Below, one piece after another: positions 44,639 to 54,504 of a DNA stretch of 64,000 nucleotides (position 1 is its first letter; each line of letters starts with the position of its first letter). Both the position numbers and the translations under genes were made by a program. The notes beneath the pieces were generated by a model. That model was not told where the DNA came from. It did no database searches and saw nothing but the letters and a program-made list of their open reading frames with translations. The stretch comes from an uncultured bacterium. GTDB taxonomy: Bacteria > Verrucomicrobiota > Verrucomicrobiia > Limisphaerales > UBA8199. The stretch spans positions 448,001 to 512,000 of the forward strand of contig CAVVMW010000021.1 of the NCBI GenBank assembly GCA_963749495.1, given 5' to 3'.

Positions 44639-45886
44639 ATGCTCCTCCGCTACACAGTCCCCGCGTTCCTCACGCTCCTTGCGACCCTGGCCGCTTCTTC
44701 CGGCCAGGAGTGGACCCGGTTCCGCGGGCCCAACGGCTCGGGAATCAGCCCCGCCAAGACCATCCCCAGCGCCTGGACCGACAAGGACATCAATTGGAAA
44801 CTGCCGCTGCCCGGCCCCGGACATTCCTCGCCCGCCATCTGGGGCGACAAGGTTTTTCTGACGACCGGCGATGAACGGACCAACCAGATTTGGGTCCTAT
44901 GCGTCAGCGCCGGCCAGGGCCGCCCCCTCTGGCAGCAGGCCTTTGCGCTCTCCCCGTACCACCGGAATCCCTTCAACACTGTCGCCTCCGGCAGCCCCGC
45001 CGTCGATGAGCGCCGCGTCTATGCCTGCTGGACCACGCCCGAGCGCGTCACCCTCATTGCCTTCGATCACGATGGCCGGCGGGCCTGGGACCGGGACCTC
45101 GGCCCCTTCAAAAGCCAGCACGGCGGCGGCGCCTCACCCGTCCTCTGGCGCGACAAGGTCATCCTGGCAAACCAGCAGGACGGCCAGAGCTTCTGGCTCG
45201 CCCTCGATGCCGCCACCGGCCAGACCCTTTGGAAGACCCCGCGCAAGACCGCCGAGGCCGGCTACTCGACTCCCTGCCTCTACGGACCCGAATCGGCCAA
45301 ACCCAAGTTGATTTTCACCAGCCATTCGCACGGCATCTCCGGCGTTGACCCGGACAACGGCGCCGTGCTCTGGGAGTTGCCGGGCGTCTTCGACAAGCGC
45401 ATCGTCAGTTCCCCCATCCTGGCGGACGGCCTGATCATCGCCGCCTGCGGCAGCGGCGAGGGCGGCAACTACCTGGTGGCCGTCCGGCCGGGCGACCCCG
45501 CCTCACACCGCAAACCCGAACTGGCCTACACGATCCGCAAGGCCGCGCCGTACGTGCCCACCAGCCTTTGTGCGGGCGGGTCGCTCTTCCTGTGGGGCGA
45601 TGACGGCGTGGTCACCTGCCTGCGGGCCGCCTCGGGCGAGGTCAAATGGCAGGAGCGCCTCGGCAAGCATTTCTTCAGCTCACCCGTGTGCATCGATGGC
45701 CGCCTCTTTGGCGTCTCCACCGCCGGCGAGGTGTTCGTTCTGGCCGCTGCCGACCGCTTCCAGTTGCTGGCCCGCAACCCGCTGGGCGAAACCGTCCACA
45801 GCACCCCCGCCGTGGCCGGCGGCCGCCTCTACATCCACACCGCCAAACACCTCATCAGCATCGGCGGCCGCTCACCCATGGATTGA
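44639..45886 (+). CDS. Secreted PQQ-like beta-propeller (BamB-like) protein
   Basis: WTRFRGPNGSG, GHSSPAIWGD, GASPV, YSTP, YVPT, FSSPV, STPAVAGG. Confidence 0.88.
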   Translation: MLLRYTVPAFLTLLATLAASSGQEWTRFRGPNGSGISPAKTIPSAWTDKDINWKLPLPGPGHSSPAIWGDKVFLTTGDERTNQIWVLCVSAGQGRPLWQQAFALSPYHRNPFNTVASGSPAVDERRVYACWTTPERVTLIAFDHDGRRAWDRDLGPFKSQHGGGASPVLWRDKVILANQQDGQSFWLALDAATGQTLWKTPRKTAEAGYSTPCLYGPESAKPKLIFTSHSHGISGVDPDNGAVLWELPGVFDKRIVSSPILADGLIIAACGSGEGGNYLVAVRPGDPASHRKPELAYTIRKAAPYVPTSLCAGGSLFLWGDDGVVTCLRAASGEVKWQERLGKHFFSSPVCIDGRLFGVSTAGEVFVLAAADRFQLLARNPLGETVHSTPAVAGGRLYIHTAKHLISIGGRSPMD

Positions 45887-45952
45887 AAAAGAGAACCACA
45901 GAAGGAAACGGAGGAAACAAAGGGTTTCCGGGACATTGACCCTAAAAACGGC

Positions 45953-46092
45953 AGTTGTTGAACCGCAAAGAGCGCAGAGAACACAAAGATAAGCACTTAA
46001 AGACAAGATTGGCCTCACCCGTCAAAGGACGCGGGCAGATCATGACCCCATTGTTTCTCTGTGATCTTTGCGTTCTCTGTGGTTGAACTGCT
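45953..46092. repeat. Imperfect REP-like inverted repeat (AACCGCAAAGAGCGCAGAGAACACAAAGA ... TCTCTGTGATCTTTGCGTTCTCTGTGGTT)
   Basis: Direct reading; related hairpin at 58652-58718. Confidence 0.6.
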
Positions 46093-46101
46093 TTTCCCAT
46101 G

Positions 46102-46129
46102 TTGACAATCCCTCACCGCTCGCTACTAT
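46102..46129 (+). promoter_or_regulatory. Sigma70-type promoter of tRNA-Gly
   Basis: TTGACA-16 nt-TACTAT, 10 nt upstream of the tRNA. Confidence 0.75.
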
Positions 46130-46138
46130 TCCTCTTAG

Positions 46139-46213
<75 letters not shown>

Positions 46214-46274
46214 TTCCCAAATATGCTCGGTAAAATAAGGGTTTTCGTCAGTTTGCCTGCCGGGAATGGTGGCA

Positions 46275-46295
46275 GGTATAACACTCTGGTATAAC
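46275..46295 (+). promoter_or_regulatory. Candidate integrase arm-type sites, left end
   Basis: GGTATAAC x2 with 13-bp period; matched at 56406-56426. Confidence 0.6.
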
Positions 46296-46339
46296 AAGGC
46301 CAAGACCGTTCAACCTTGTTCAAGGGCGGCGGGAAAGTG

Positions 46340-46388
46340 TTGACCTGCCGTTGCCGGCGCTTTAGTTTGGAAGTGCATCGCACGATGC
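46340..46388 (+). promoter_or_regulatory. TA1 promoter and palindromic operator
   Basis: TTGACC-17 nt-TAGTTT, then GCATCG-CA-CGATGC; repeated at 57472-57520. Confidence 0.7.
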
Positions 46389-46394
46389 GGAAGC

Positions 46395-46643
46395 ATGAGC
46401 ACCAGCGCGCAAGAAGTTATTGAGCGGTTCAAGGCACTGCCGGCAGGCGAGCGCATCGAAGTGTTGAAGAAAACACTCCCGGCCTTCTCCCCGCAAAACG
46501 CCAAGGCGGTTGAGCGGTTGCTTCGGCGGTTGGAAAACCCGGACATTCCCGAAGACGTGTGGAGGGGGATTGAAGACGCGGAAGATGGCCGCTTTGTGGA
46601 TATGGAAACGGCGCTGACACAAAAGCCCCCGTGGGTCGAGTGA
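46395..46643 (+). CDS. Antitoxin, TA unit 1
   Basis: MSTSAQEVIERFKALP...IEDAEDGRFVDME; GTGA overlap with the toxin. Confidence 0.8.
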   Translation: MSTSAQEVIERFKALPAGERIEVLKKTLPAFSPQNAKAVERLLRRLENPDIPEDVWRGIEDAEDGRFVDMETALTQKPPWVE

Positions 46644-46915
46644 ATTACCGATTCCACGCGACCGAAACCTTTTGGGAGAACTTCTACCGATTGCCGGCCT
46701 CGCAAAAGGACTCGGCGCGCAAGGCCTGGCAAATCTTCAAGCGGAACCCCTTTGACGCGCGTTTGCGGACGCACAAAATCCACCGGCTTTCGGCCTTGAT
46801 GCGTCGGACCGTCCACGCCGCCGTGATCGAGGGCGACTTGCGGGCGGTGTTCTACATCGAAGGTGACGCTGTGATTTCGTTCAACATCGGAACTCACGAC
46901 CTTTACCGAGGGTGA
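46640..46915 (+). CDS. RelE/YafQ-like toxin, TA unit 1
   Basis: F..NPFD.RLR.HK...DLR.VF...IGTHDLY. Confidence 0.82.
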   Translation: MNYRFHATETFWENFYRLPASQKDSARKAWQIFKRNPFDARLRTHKIHRLSALMRRTVHAAVIEGDLRAVFYIEGDAVISFNIGTHDLYRG

Positions 46916-47644
46916 ACAGCGCGCCGCGTCCCGGCCCTGAGCGCCCGGCGGCGATGCCGAAATACCGCCCTGCGCCGTCCGATGCCTGCCAGGGCCATTC
47001 CGGCAACGATGGACGCCCCTGTAGCCTCGGGGGGTGTCTGGACAGCGGAAGCCCGAAACGGAGGCGCCAGAAGCCGTGCAGCAAGGCGCCACGCAGCAAG
47101 ACGGGCCATCCTGGCGAGACTGGCCACTCTCGCGCGGTCTTGTGAGCGGCGCGCGGTTCTGGTCCGGTGGGCAGGCGCTCGTTGGGCGTGGCTCTCACCC
47201 CGCCGACGTGATTCGCGGGACCCATAGTCGGGGGGGCGCCGAGGGCCATCCGGCGGCGGTTTTACGCGCAACGCGCCAATGGGACCCCTTTTCCCTGGCC
47301 GCCGTGGATGAGAAGAGCGAGGGGCGGGGCACCTTTGGGGGTGGCCGTGCGGCATGTGCGCGACACATGACGTGGCCCTTCTCGATCCCAGGGCGCCGGG
47401 GGGTTCTTGCGGGGAGCCGCAGATTTGCGCTGCCCCCCCCCCGCCAAAGCACACGCTCGTCCTTGATTTGCTCCTGCGCTCCCTTTCAGCCTGCGCCAGT
47501 CGGGGGCCGCTCTGGGGCCGGGCACGCCGGTTGCATCTTCCGAAGGCAAGTGTGGCCCAACCTGGCCACTTTGGGAGTTGACAATCCGGCAGATTAGACA
47601 TTGGATTCGGGGGACAACTGAATTTGCGTAAGCAGGGTTACGGT

Positions 47645-47752
47645 CGAACGGAAAACCGCGAATTTTTCATTCTCAAGACCAACCCAGGCACGCGCCCAAT
47701 CGGGCGCGGCTTGGCGTATTCTTGAGAAGGCGCTTCGCGGTGCCTCCGTTCG
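47645..47752 (+). ncRNA. Candidate structured RNA or leader: 108-nt multi-stem hairpin
   Basis: Five nested stems, one with a G-U pair; TTGACA at 47578; lies upstream of the cargo gene. Confidence 0.4.
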
Positions 47753-47920
47753 GGTGCGTCAGGTTCGCGCCCCTCCTTGGGAGTCCTTTCCGTAATCCTC
47801 TGGTCCGGTTTGTTTGGCTATGAGGCTGGCAGTTCTCACGCAGTCGGTGCTACGTCCAGAAGGCAGCGGATGCTGCCGAGGATTTCCGCACTCCGGCTTC
47901 AAGACCTAGAAAGGAATCCA

Positions 47921-50386
47921 ATGAGCAGCGTCAACGACACCCGAAGCCTACCTGTGGTTTTCAGCCTCAGCCTCTGCCTCTCCTTGCCTGCACCAAGCGC
48001 AAGACGGCGGAAGGTTGCCCAATTTGCGGCGGAACTCCTGCCGCTGAGCAGAGTTAGGAAGATAGTCTTAGGAGCCGCCATCGCAATGGCGCTTGCAGCG
48101 GGGACGCTGCCGGGGCTATGCAGCATGTACAACGCCGAATTTGCCGATGGAACGGTTATTTCTATCGAGGCGGACCGCCAGCCCACGCCGGAGGAACTCG
48201 ATAAGGAATATGTTAGAATGAAAGGCTCCGGCGGTCCCCTCCGCCAGGTGCTCGCCTGCGTCCCTGGCGTGAGAATGAGGTTGCCTCCGGGCTGGCACCA
48301 TATCGAGGGAGCCACTCTCGACAAAGCGGCGAAAGAACTGGCAGCGACGCTGCCAAAAGCGAGCTTCACGGGGCAGCGGGTGGTTGCCGCGTTCCAGCCT
48401 GAGTCAAATGGGTCGGAGATCGGATTCCCCAGGGTTATTGTGATTCTCAACCAGACTGCGAAGCTGTCGGAGCGCGAATTGGAAGAAACGGCTCGAATGG
48501 GCGCGGAGATTCAGAGGGGCGCAGACCACACACTTGCAGGGAACGCTTTGGGAGCGTCGGCGAAGCTGGAGGGCGTGAGTTACGATGACCAACACCATTG
48601 TGTGGTTGCCCGTGGTCTCGTGTCAGTTCCTGGGGGCGGCATTAGGCGGGAGTTAAACGCGATGTTCGCCGCGGATACTGGCCTTGTCACATTTCACTTC
48701 TCTTGGCTGGAAAAGGATTATGACGACTACGCCCACTTGGTTTACCCGATGATTGACGGGATTGAGGTTGCGCGATCTGTCAACGATGGGACAGCGACGC
48801 CGGAGGAGCCGCCCGGGCGAATCCCTCCAACGCCCGGGGTCGCTGCCGGTAACTTCCCAGGGGACAAAGCTCCTTTCGCGTGCCTGCTGTTCCTCGTGAT
48901 CGCGGCGGTTTGGTCGCTGACGGCGTACTTCCTCGGCGCTCGCCGCGCAGGCGGGAGCACGAAGCAGGAGACTCGACCAGTGGTGAATCGAGCGGAGGGT
49001 GCGCCAAGCGCGCGCGGAGCATTAGCTGCGGCGGTGAGGACAGCGCAGGGGCAGATACGGGTGGCTTGGATAGCGGGAGCTGTGAAAGGGACCTGGGCGC
49101 TCTGCCTGATTCTCTACTCCGTCATCATCGAACCGATTGCCGGGTTCGGCCTTGAGGGGCTGACTGACGTGGCACTGGTTTTCGGGCTCAGCCTTGGGAT
49201 TTACATGAGGAGTCGGACGTGTGCAGTACTTATGGTCGGTTACTGCCTTGTGTGCGTTGGCCTCAGCATCCAGTATTTTGGATCGGAGCGGAGCCTTGGC
49301 GGTGGGTGGTTGTGGGTCTTGTTGCTGGTGTTCTTCATTCCCGGGGTGCGCGGGGCATTTGCTTACCACAGATTGGTGGGGCAGCGGGAGCCGGCACCGG
49401 TTGCGGAGGCGGTGGCGTCCGATCAGTCGAGGACTGGCGCCGGGCCTTCCGCCGGCCTGGCGTCGGCAACGGCTCCGGCAGCAGTGGGACCATCCCGCCC
49501 GCCCGTGCTGCCAAGCGTGGCGTTGTACCTCTACCTGAACGGAGAGACGAAGGGACCTTTCTCGACCGATCAGATTGCGGCTCTGCTTTCCGTGGGCGCC
49601 GCTACGCAGGACACGCCCTGCTGCCATGACGGCGCCGAGAAGTGGTTGATTGTGGCGGCCTACCTTCCATGCGCGATGCGCGCGGCGGCAACCCCGCCTG
49701 GTGAGGATCGGCAACCGGGTCCTACAAGCGAACTGAAAGCAGCCTGCCCCAGTTGTGGCCAGCGCGTCTCCTTCCCCTCAGACGCGCTTGGCGAGTTGGC
49801 GTCCTGCCCAACGTGCGGGGTCCGGATGGAGTTGGCCCGTGACACAGATTTGACACACGAAATGCCCGAATCCGCCGAGGCGTATGACAGCGGAAGCTCC
49901 GGCAGTGCCGTAATTGCAGCGACAGACGAAGACCAAAAACGACGGAGTTGGGGGGACGGTGGCACACAATCCGGTGGCGCCCACCCGCCGTCCACGATAC
50001 CCGCTAGGTGGGAGACGGGCGATAGATCACCGCCAAGCCAAATCCTCAAAGACCCGCTCCAGCAGGCGCATGGGGGCCGCAAGCACATCCTCCCTTCCCT
50101 CGTGTTTGACCTTGGCCTGCCCAAAGCCCCTGCGCCGGAACAGAAGAAGCCTGGCGGCAGCAGCGGGGAAGCAGCGCCTTCTTCTCCGGCCGAGTCGGCG
50201 CCTTCTGCTGCCGCGCAGGAACCCATGAAGGCCAGGTGCCCCGCCTGCCGAACGACCTTCGAGTTTCCTGAGCGCGAGATCGGTCGCGGGTGGATTTGTC
50301 CCAATTGCGGGCGGCCCGTCACTCTCAGAGATTCAAGTGCGCCCCGGATGAAGCGGGTGGTTGAATGGATCAAGCGCGAGCTTTAG
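47921..50386 (+). CDS. Multi-domain membrane protein (several TM helices, GYF-like domain, two zinc ribbons); element cargo
   Basis: AAAGGAA RBS; hydrophobic helices; YLYLNGETKGPFS...TPCCHDGAEKW; CPSC..CPTC and CPAC..CPNC. Confidence 0.7.
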   Translation: MSSVNDTRSLPVVFSLSLCLSLPAPSARRRKVAQFAAELLPLSRVRKIVLGAAIAMALAAGTLPGLCSMYNAEFADGTVISIEADRQPTPEELDKEYVRMKGSGGPLRQVLACVPGVRMRLPPGWHHIEGATLDKAAKELAATLPKASFTGQRVVAAFQPESNGSEIGFPRVIVILNQTAKLSERELEETARMGAEIQRGADHTLAGNALGASAKLEGVSYDDQHHCVVARGLVSVPGGGIRRELNAMFAADTGLVTFHFSWLEKDYDDYAHLVYPMIDGIEVARSVNDGTATPEEPPGRIPPTPGVAAGNFPGDKAPFACLLFLVIAAVWSLTAYFLGARRAGGSTKQETRPVVNRAEGAPSARGALAAAVRTAQGQIRVAWIAGAVKGTWALCLILYSVIIEPIAGFGLEGLTDVALVFGLSLGIYMRSRTCAVLMVGYCLVCVGLSIQYFGSERSLGGGWLWVLLLVFFIPGVRGAFAYHRLVGQREPAPVAEAVASDQSRTGAGPSAGLASATAPAAVGPSRPPVLPSVALYLYLNGETKGPFSTDQIAALLSVGAATQDTPCCHDGAEKWLIVAAYLPCAMRAAATPPGEDRQPGPTSELKAACPSCGQRVSFPSDALGELASCPTCGVRMELARDTDLTHEMPESAEAYDSGSSGSAVIAATDEDQKRRSWGDGGTQSGGAHPPSTIPARWETGDRSPPSQILKDPLQQAHGGRKHILPSLVFDLGLPKAPAPEQKKPGGSSGEAAPSSPAESAPSAAAQEPMKARCPACRTTFEFPEREIGRGWICPNCGRPVTLRDSSAPRMKRVVEWIKREL

Positions 50387-50669
50387 GACTTTCTGAGGCG
50401 AGGCGCACGGGATTGCGCCGCGGACCAAAGGAAACTGCCCCGTTCTGCTTTCCGGCGAGACAGCCTCAAGGCTGGCGGAAGAGACCCAGAACAACGAGGC
50501 TTCCCCCGGCTCGCCCTCGGCTCTCTCCGGGGCTGCAAGCCGGTTTGCCCAATAATTCTGGGATCGAGAAGCCGGAGGTATCAGCCTGCCCGCGACCGGG
50601 GCGTGCCCACGTTGCTCACCCACGAAAATTAGGCTGGCGCTGTAGCCGGGCCGACGCTATCCAGGCGTC

Positions 50670-51011
50670 ATGAACCAAACCCCATCAAATCCGCCTACGG
50701 GCGGAAACAACCTAGCAAACCGTATCGCAGATCTTGAGCATGCGGTGAAGCTCCTCCTCAAAGTCACGGCGGATCAGCATGTCCTCACGATCCGACTGAT
50801 GGCGCACCAGCAGGCGCACCTTGCCGCGATGCGCAACCTCCTCGTCCGGTTGGGTGAGGATCGGACCATGCTCGGTCAACGGCTTCAAGCAGCGTACGAA
50901 ACCGCCGCGAATCTCTATCACGACCAACTCGAAGCGTACATCGCAACTGGTGATATAAAGAGCTTTGTAGCGTCTCAGGTTTTCCCGCCTGACGAGACCC
51001 TTGGCAATTAA
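50670..51011 (+). CDS. Hypothetical helical protein
   Basis: 113 aa ORF with coiled-coil-like composition. Confidence 0.55.
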   Translation: MNQTPSNPPTGGNNLANRIADLEHAVKLLLKVTADQHVLTIRLMAHQQAHLAAMRNLLVRLGEDRTMLGQRLQAAYETAANLYHDQLEAYIATGDIKSFVASQVFPPDETLGN

Positions 51012-51373
51012 GAGCGTTCATGCCCATAGCGCAACTGTTTCGTCAACTCATCCGGTGAAGTATTTGCGCTATCGCCGCGTTCACGATCTTTGTGGGCCTG
51101 ACTCGGCCCGGCGTCCGGGGACGGCACCCGCGATGGCGACAGAGTCCCTCGGCTGCGACCCCAGGCACCGGGCCGATGACCTGGGGTGTATGGCCTTAAC
51201 GCGGCCAGTGAGATGGAGAGCCCTCAGCGAAGGCCGGCGCCGACGGCCACCAGAAAAGCCCGTTTCCTACCGAGACTCGCCCAAATCCCAGGCGGGGTAG
51301 GAGTTACCGAACACCTTAGGCCACGCGTCGGGCGCCACTTGACCACAGGGCGGGTTCTGTGCATACTGGACGT

Positions 51374-51822
51374 ATGTTCAATAGCGAAACCGCCTCGCTT
51401 TATGGTGCGAAAGGGAATGCCAAGCCCGGCCGCCGCCGTGGCCCTACCCCGTCTCAGGAAGTGCGCCGGCTGCGGGACATCCAGGACCTTGTTTTTACCG
51501 CCATCCGCGCTTACGAGCCCCTCGTTGCGAACGCGGGGGCGCAGGCCAATTGTCACGTAGCCGATGGGGCCAAAACGACGGATAACCGCGCTTCTCCACC
51601 GGTTCCCCCCTCGCGCGCGACGACGCCAGGTCGTTCGTCGAGCTTGTCCGCGCCTACGACGGCCTCCAGGAGCGGATTCGGGTGAGGGCTATGCGCCCAG
51701 CGCCAGCCGCACTGAAGGTCGAGGTGGTCAAGCCCAAGCGCCGCAAGATCGCCCGAGACTGGACACCGCCAGTGGTATCAGGACCGGCTGGTTCATGCCG
51801 CGCTGCTGGCGCCCTTGCCTGA
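51374..51822 (+). CDS. Hypothetical basic protein, possibly terminase-small-subunit-like; frameshift near 51610
   Basis: MFNSETASLYGAKGNAKPGRRRG... continues after a C-run as LARDDARSFVELVRAYDGLQERIRVRAMRPAPAALKVEVVKPKRRK. Confidence 0.4.
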
Positions 51823-52005
51823 ATCGTTTCTCACGCGCTCGGCCGGCGGCGCCACGGGGCGGACGATCTCGGCTCGAAAGCCAAAGCCACGCAGCGCGAC
51901 TTTGAGCAGGGCGCGCAGCCGTTGGACGGGACCGGTCCGCCAGTGGCCGGGCACTGCCCGGAGTATCAGAACGTACGTGTCGCCCGTCTGGCGCTCCTCC
52001 GGCAC
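51793..52005 (-). CDS. Small hypothetical protein downstream of the primase-helicase
   Basis: YVLILRAVPG...VQRLRALLKVALRGFGFR; GTG start inferred. Confidence 0.5.
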   Translation of the reverse strand: MPEERQTGDTYVLILRAVPGHWRTGPVQRLRALLKVALRGFGFRAEIVRPVAPPAERVRNDSGKGASSAA

Positions 52006-52096
52006 TCTGCCACTGCCATACCCTAAAGGGATATGGCAGAGTGGCGGTGCCTCTGTGCCAAATGCGGATTTGGCAGAATTGGCAGAATTGGCAGAG
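52006..52096. other. Candidate replication origin (iterons and hairpins)
   Basis: TGGCAGAAT at 52071 and 52080, TGGCAGAG at 52089; inverted repeats CTGCCATA/TATGGCAG and TGCCAAAT/ATTTGGCA. Confidence 0.55.
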
Positions 52097-52102
52097 CTCA
52101 GT

Positions 52103-53893
52103 TTACTCATGCTTTTGGATGACGGGTTGCCACTTACCGCCAACCTTGCTTTTCAGGACCCTCCCGCCGGCGAGAAGCTCCCTACGGAGCCGGTAAAACG
52201 TGCGCTCAGACATGCCGTGCTCCTCACGGGCGGCTTTAATCCAGTCTTTGTTCTTCAGCCCCTTTGCTGGCAGGACTTCGAGCAGGGCTTGGGCCTCATG
52301 CTCCGGCTTCTTCCCGCCAGCCTGCTTTAGATCCTCGGGGTTCAGGTGCTCGGAGACCTTCATCAGCGGGAAGGCCCACTCGACAACGAAAGGTGGTTGC
52401 TCCGGCAGGTTGCGCAGAATCAGGTCCACGGTGAAAGCGCCCTCGACCTTGTGTTTCGTCAGCGTGATGATGGTGTCGGCGTCGCGTGTCCAAACGCCGC
52501 TGCCGCCGATTCGGTCAATCGCTTCCTTGCCGGCCTGGTTGCCTTTGGAAAAGTGAGCGGCGTAAAAGACAGCGGCGCCGGTCTCGACCGCCAGGCGCTC
52601 AATCTCGTTGCACAACTCCCCAATGTCGCCAGCGGAGTTTTCGTCCCGCCCGCCAAGGCCCTTGTAAATCGGATCCACGACGATCAACACGTAGGCGCCG
52701 GTCTGGATTCTGGCGAGCAGCCTCGGAAGCAGCGTCCCAAGCGCCGCGCCATGCCCGCGCAGCGTCCAAACGTCAAGGTTGCCGATGGCCTCGATTCCCT
52801 TTGCCTCGCACAAACGCTTGATGCGCGCACGGATGAAGGCACGCGGGATCTCGAAATTGATGCAGAGAACGCGGCCCTTGAGCGTCTCGAATTTCCACCA
52901 CGGCAGCCCGGCTGCAACGCTCGTTGCAAGGTCGAGCAAGATCCAGGTCTTCCGGGCCTTGCTGCTGCTCCCCAGGACGGCCTTTAGTCCCTGGTGCAAG
53001 ACGGCCTTGATAATCTCCGGTGGGAGGGTAGCCGTCTCATCGGCCAGGAGCGCAGCGGCATTGTCTATCGGCGGCAGGGTTGATTCAGAGCAGGCTTGAT
53101 CTGCCGGGGTCCATTCGGGCGCGCCTTGGACCAGATCGTCCAGATCGGCAGGCTGCCCGCCGGCAGCGAAAAAGTCGGCGGCATCCTTAACCGGCTTGCC
53201 GTCAACGTCCGGGAGTTCGATCACCTTCACGCTGCCGGCAGTCCCCTGGAGCTTGGCGGCCACGAATGCAGCGTGTCTGCGGCCCGCCTTGTCCTTGTCC
53301 GCGACGACAACAACCTCGGCGCCGCGCAGCGGTTCGGACATTGAATCCGGCCACTTGGAATCGTCTGGCGTGGACAGGGCGCCGCCCGCGTTGCACGTTC
53401 CGACGAAGCCGGCCTTTCGCATCGCCTCAACGTCCTTCTCACCCTCGACTACCCAAACGGGCCTGCCATCCTTCACGGCTGCGATCAGCTCCGGCAAGCG
53501 AAACAGGACACGGAGGACACCCTTGACGCTCCAGGTCCATCCGCCCTTGGCGGTGGGGTCCGGGCGCCGTTGGCGGAAATCCTTGGGGTCGAGTCGGCAA
53601 ACCTGATAGAGCAGCTTCCCGGTTTCGTCCTGGTAATCGTAGGTGGCAACGATATTGAGCTTGCCGTTGCGCTGCGGCTTGTCGGCGTACAGGTCCACCA
53701 TAGTCAAGCCCATGGCGGCCACGATGGCCTCGGGGGTGCTCCCGCCGAAATCGTGTAGCAAGATGCGTCCGTCTTTGCCCTCGGTGATGCTCATGCTGGG
53801 CGACTTGTCTGCGCGGCCAGGGCATAGGGCCATCCATCCCGAGGGGGTCTTGGTGACGCCTGAGAGTCAACACAAGAAGCCGGCAACAGTCAT
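52103..53893 (-). CDS. Toprim primase fused to RepA/AAA_25 helicase; in-frame TGA at codon 9 (53867-53869)
   Basis: KDFRQRRPD, VVEGEKDV, ADKDKAG Toprim; Walker A-like GSSSKARKT, INFE, IVVDP, HFSKG, GSG. ATG 53893 overlaps the upstream stop. Confidence 0.85.
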
Positions 53894-54117
53894 GGTCGAG
53901 TCCTCCTGCTGGCCCGGTGCTCCTCGATCACCTCCAACCGCAGGTCCAGCACCATCGAGAGCAGCCGGTCACGCTGATCCCACGGCTCCGTCTGACGGGG
54001 CTTGGCGCCGGGGCGGCAAGTGCGCTTGACGGCGGGGCGGGGCGGCGCTACTGTACGCCCATTCATTACCGCCGTCGTGCCCTTGCCGGGGCCAGCGCGT
54101 ACTTCGGTGGCGCTCAT
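53890..54117 (-). CDS. Hypothetical protein
   Basis: 75 aa; ATGA-coupled on both sides. Confidence 0.55.
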   Translation of the reverse strand: MSATEVRAGPGKGTTAVMNGRTVAPPRPAVKRTCRPGAKPRQTEPWDQRDRLLSMVLDLRLEVIEEHRASRRTRP

Positions 54118-54419
54118 CGGGCAACACCCTCCGGGGCCAGGGCAGGAGTGGCATGGCCGACGCTCTGCTCCTTCATCATGCGGTGGAGGTACTCCCGAAC
54201 ACTCGGCCAGTAAATGAGCCTGATGCCGCTCTTGTTGCCCGGCTCGCGCAACAGAATAGACTTAAAGGTGCCGTCGGAGATCTTCCGGTAAGTTAGGCCA
54301 CGCTTGATCCCTCCCAAACGCTGCACGTCGGGCACCCTCACAAATTCCGGCTGCTGGCCGGCGCAGTCGCCCACTCGGACCGGGGCGGTGGTCTTTTCAC
54401 TGCGTCTCATGGCGGCCAA
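54114..54419 (-). CDS. AlpA/excisionase-like DNA-binding protein
   Basis: PEFVRVPDVQRLGGIKRGLTYRKISDGTFKS...GIRLIYWPSVREYL winged-HTH pattern. Confidence 0.7.
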   Translation of the reverse strand: MAAMRRSEKTTAPVRVGDCAGQQPEFVRVPDVQRLGGIKRGLTYRKISDGTFKSILLREPGNKSGIRLIYWPSVREYLHRMMKEQSVGHATPALAPEGVAR

Positions 54420-54504
54420 GGTAGGTCAAGGCCGCCGCAAGAAGTGGGACAAGGTGAGTGTGCCGCCGGTGTCCCGTTTTCACGGCCTCCGGGCGGGCGG
54501 GCTT

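Noticed and set aside
53867..53869. TGA as selenocysteine or genetic-code reassignment
   Set aside because: TGA terminates many genes here, and the position is not a catalytic Cys; a nonsense change or base error is simpler
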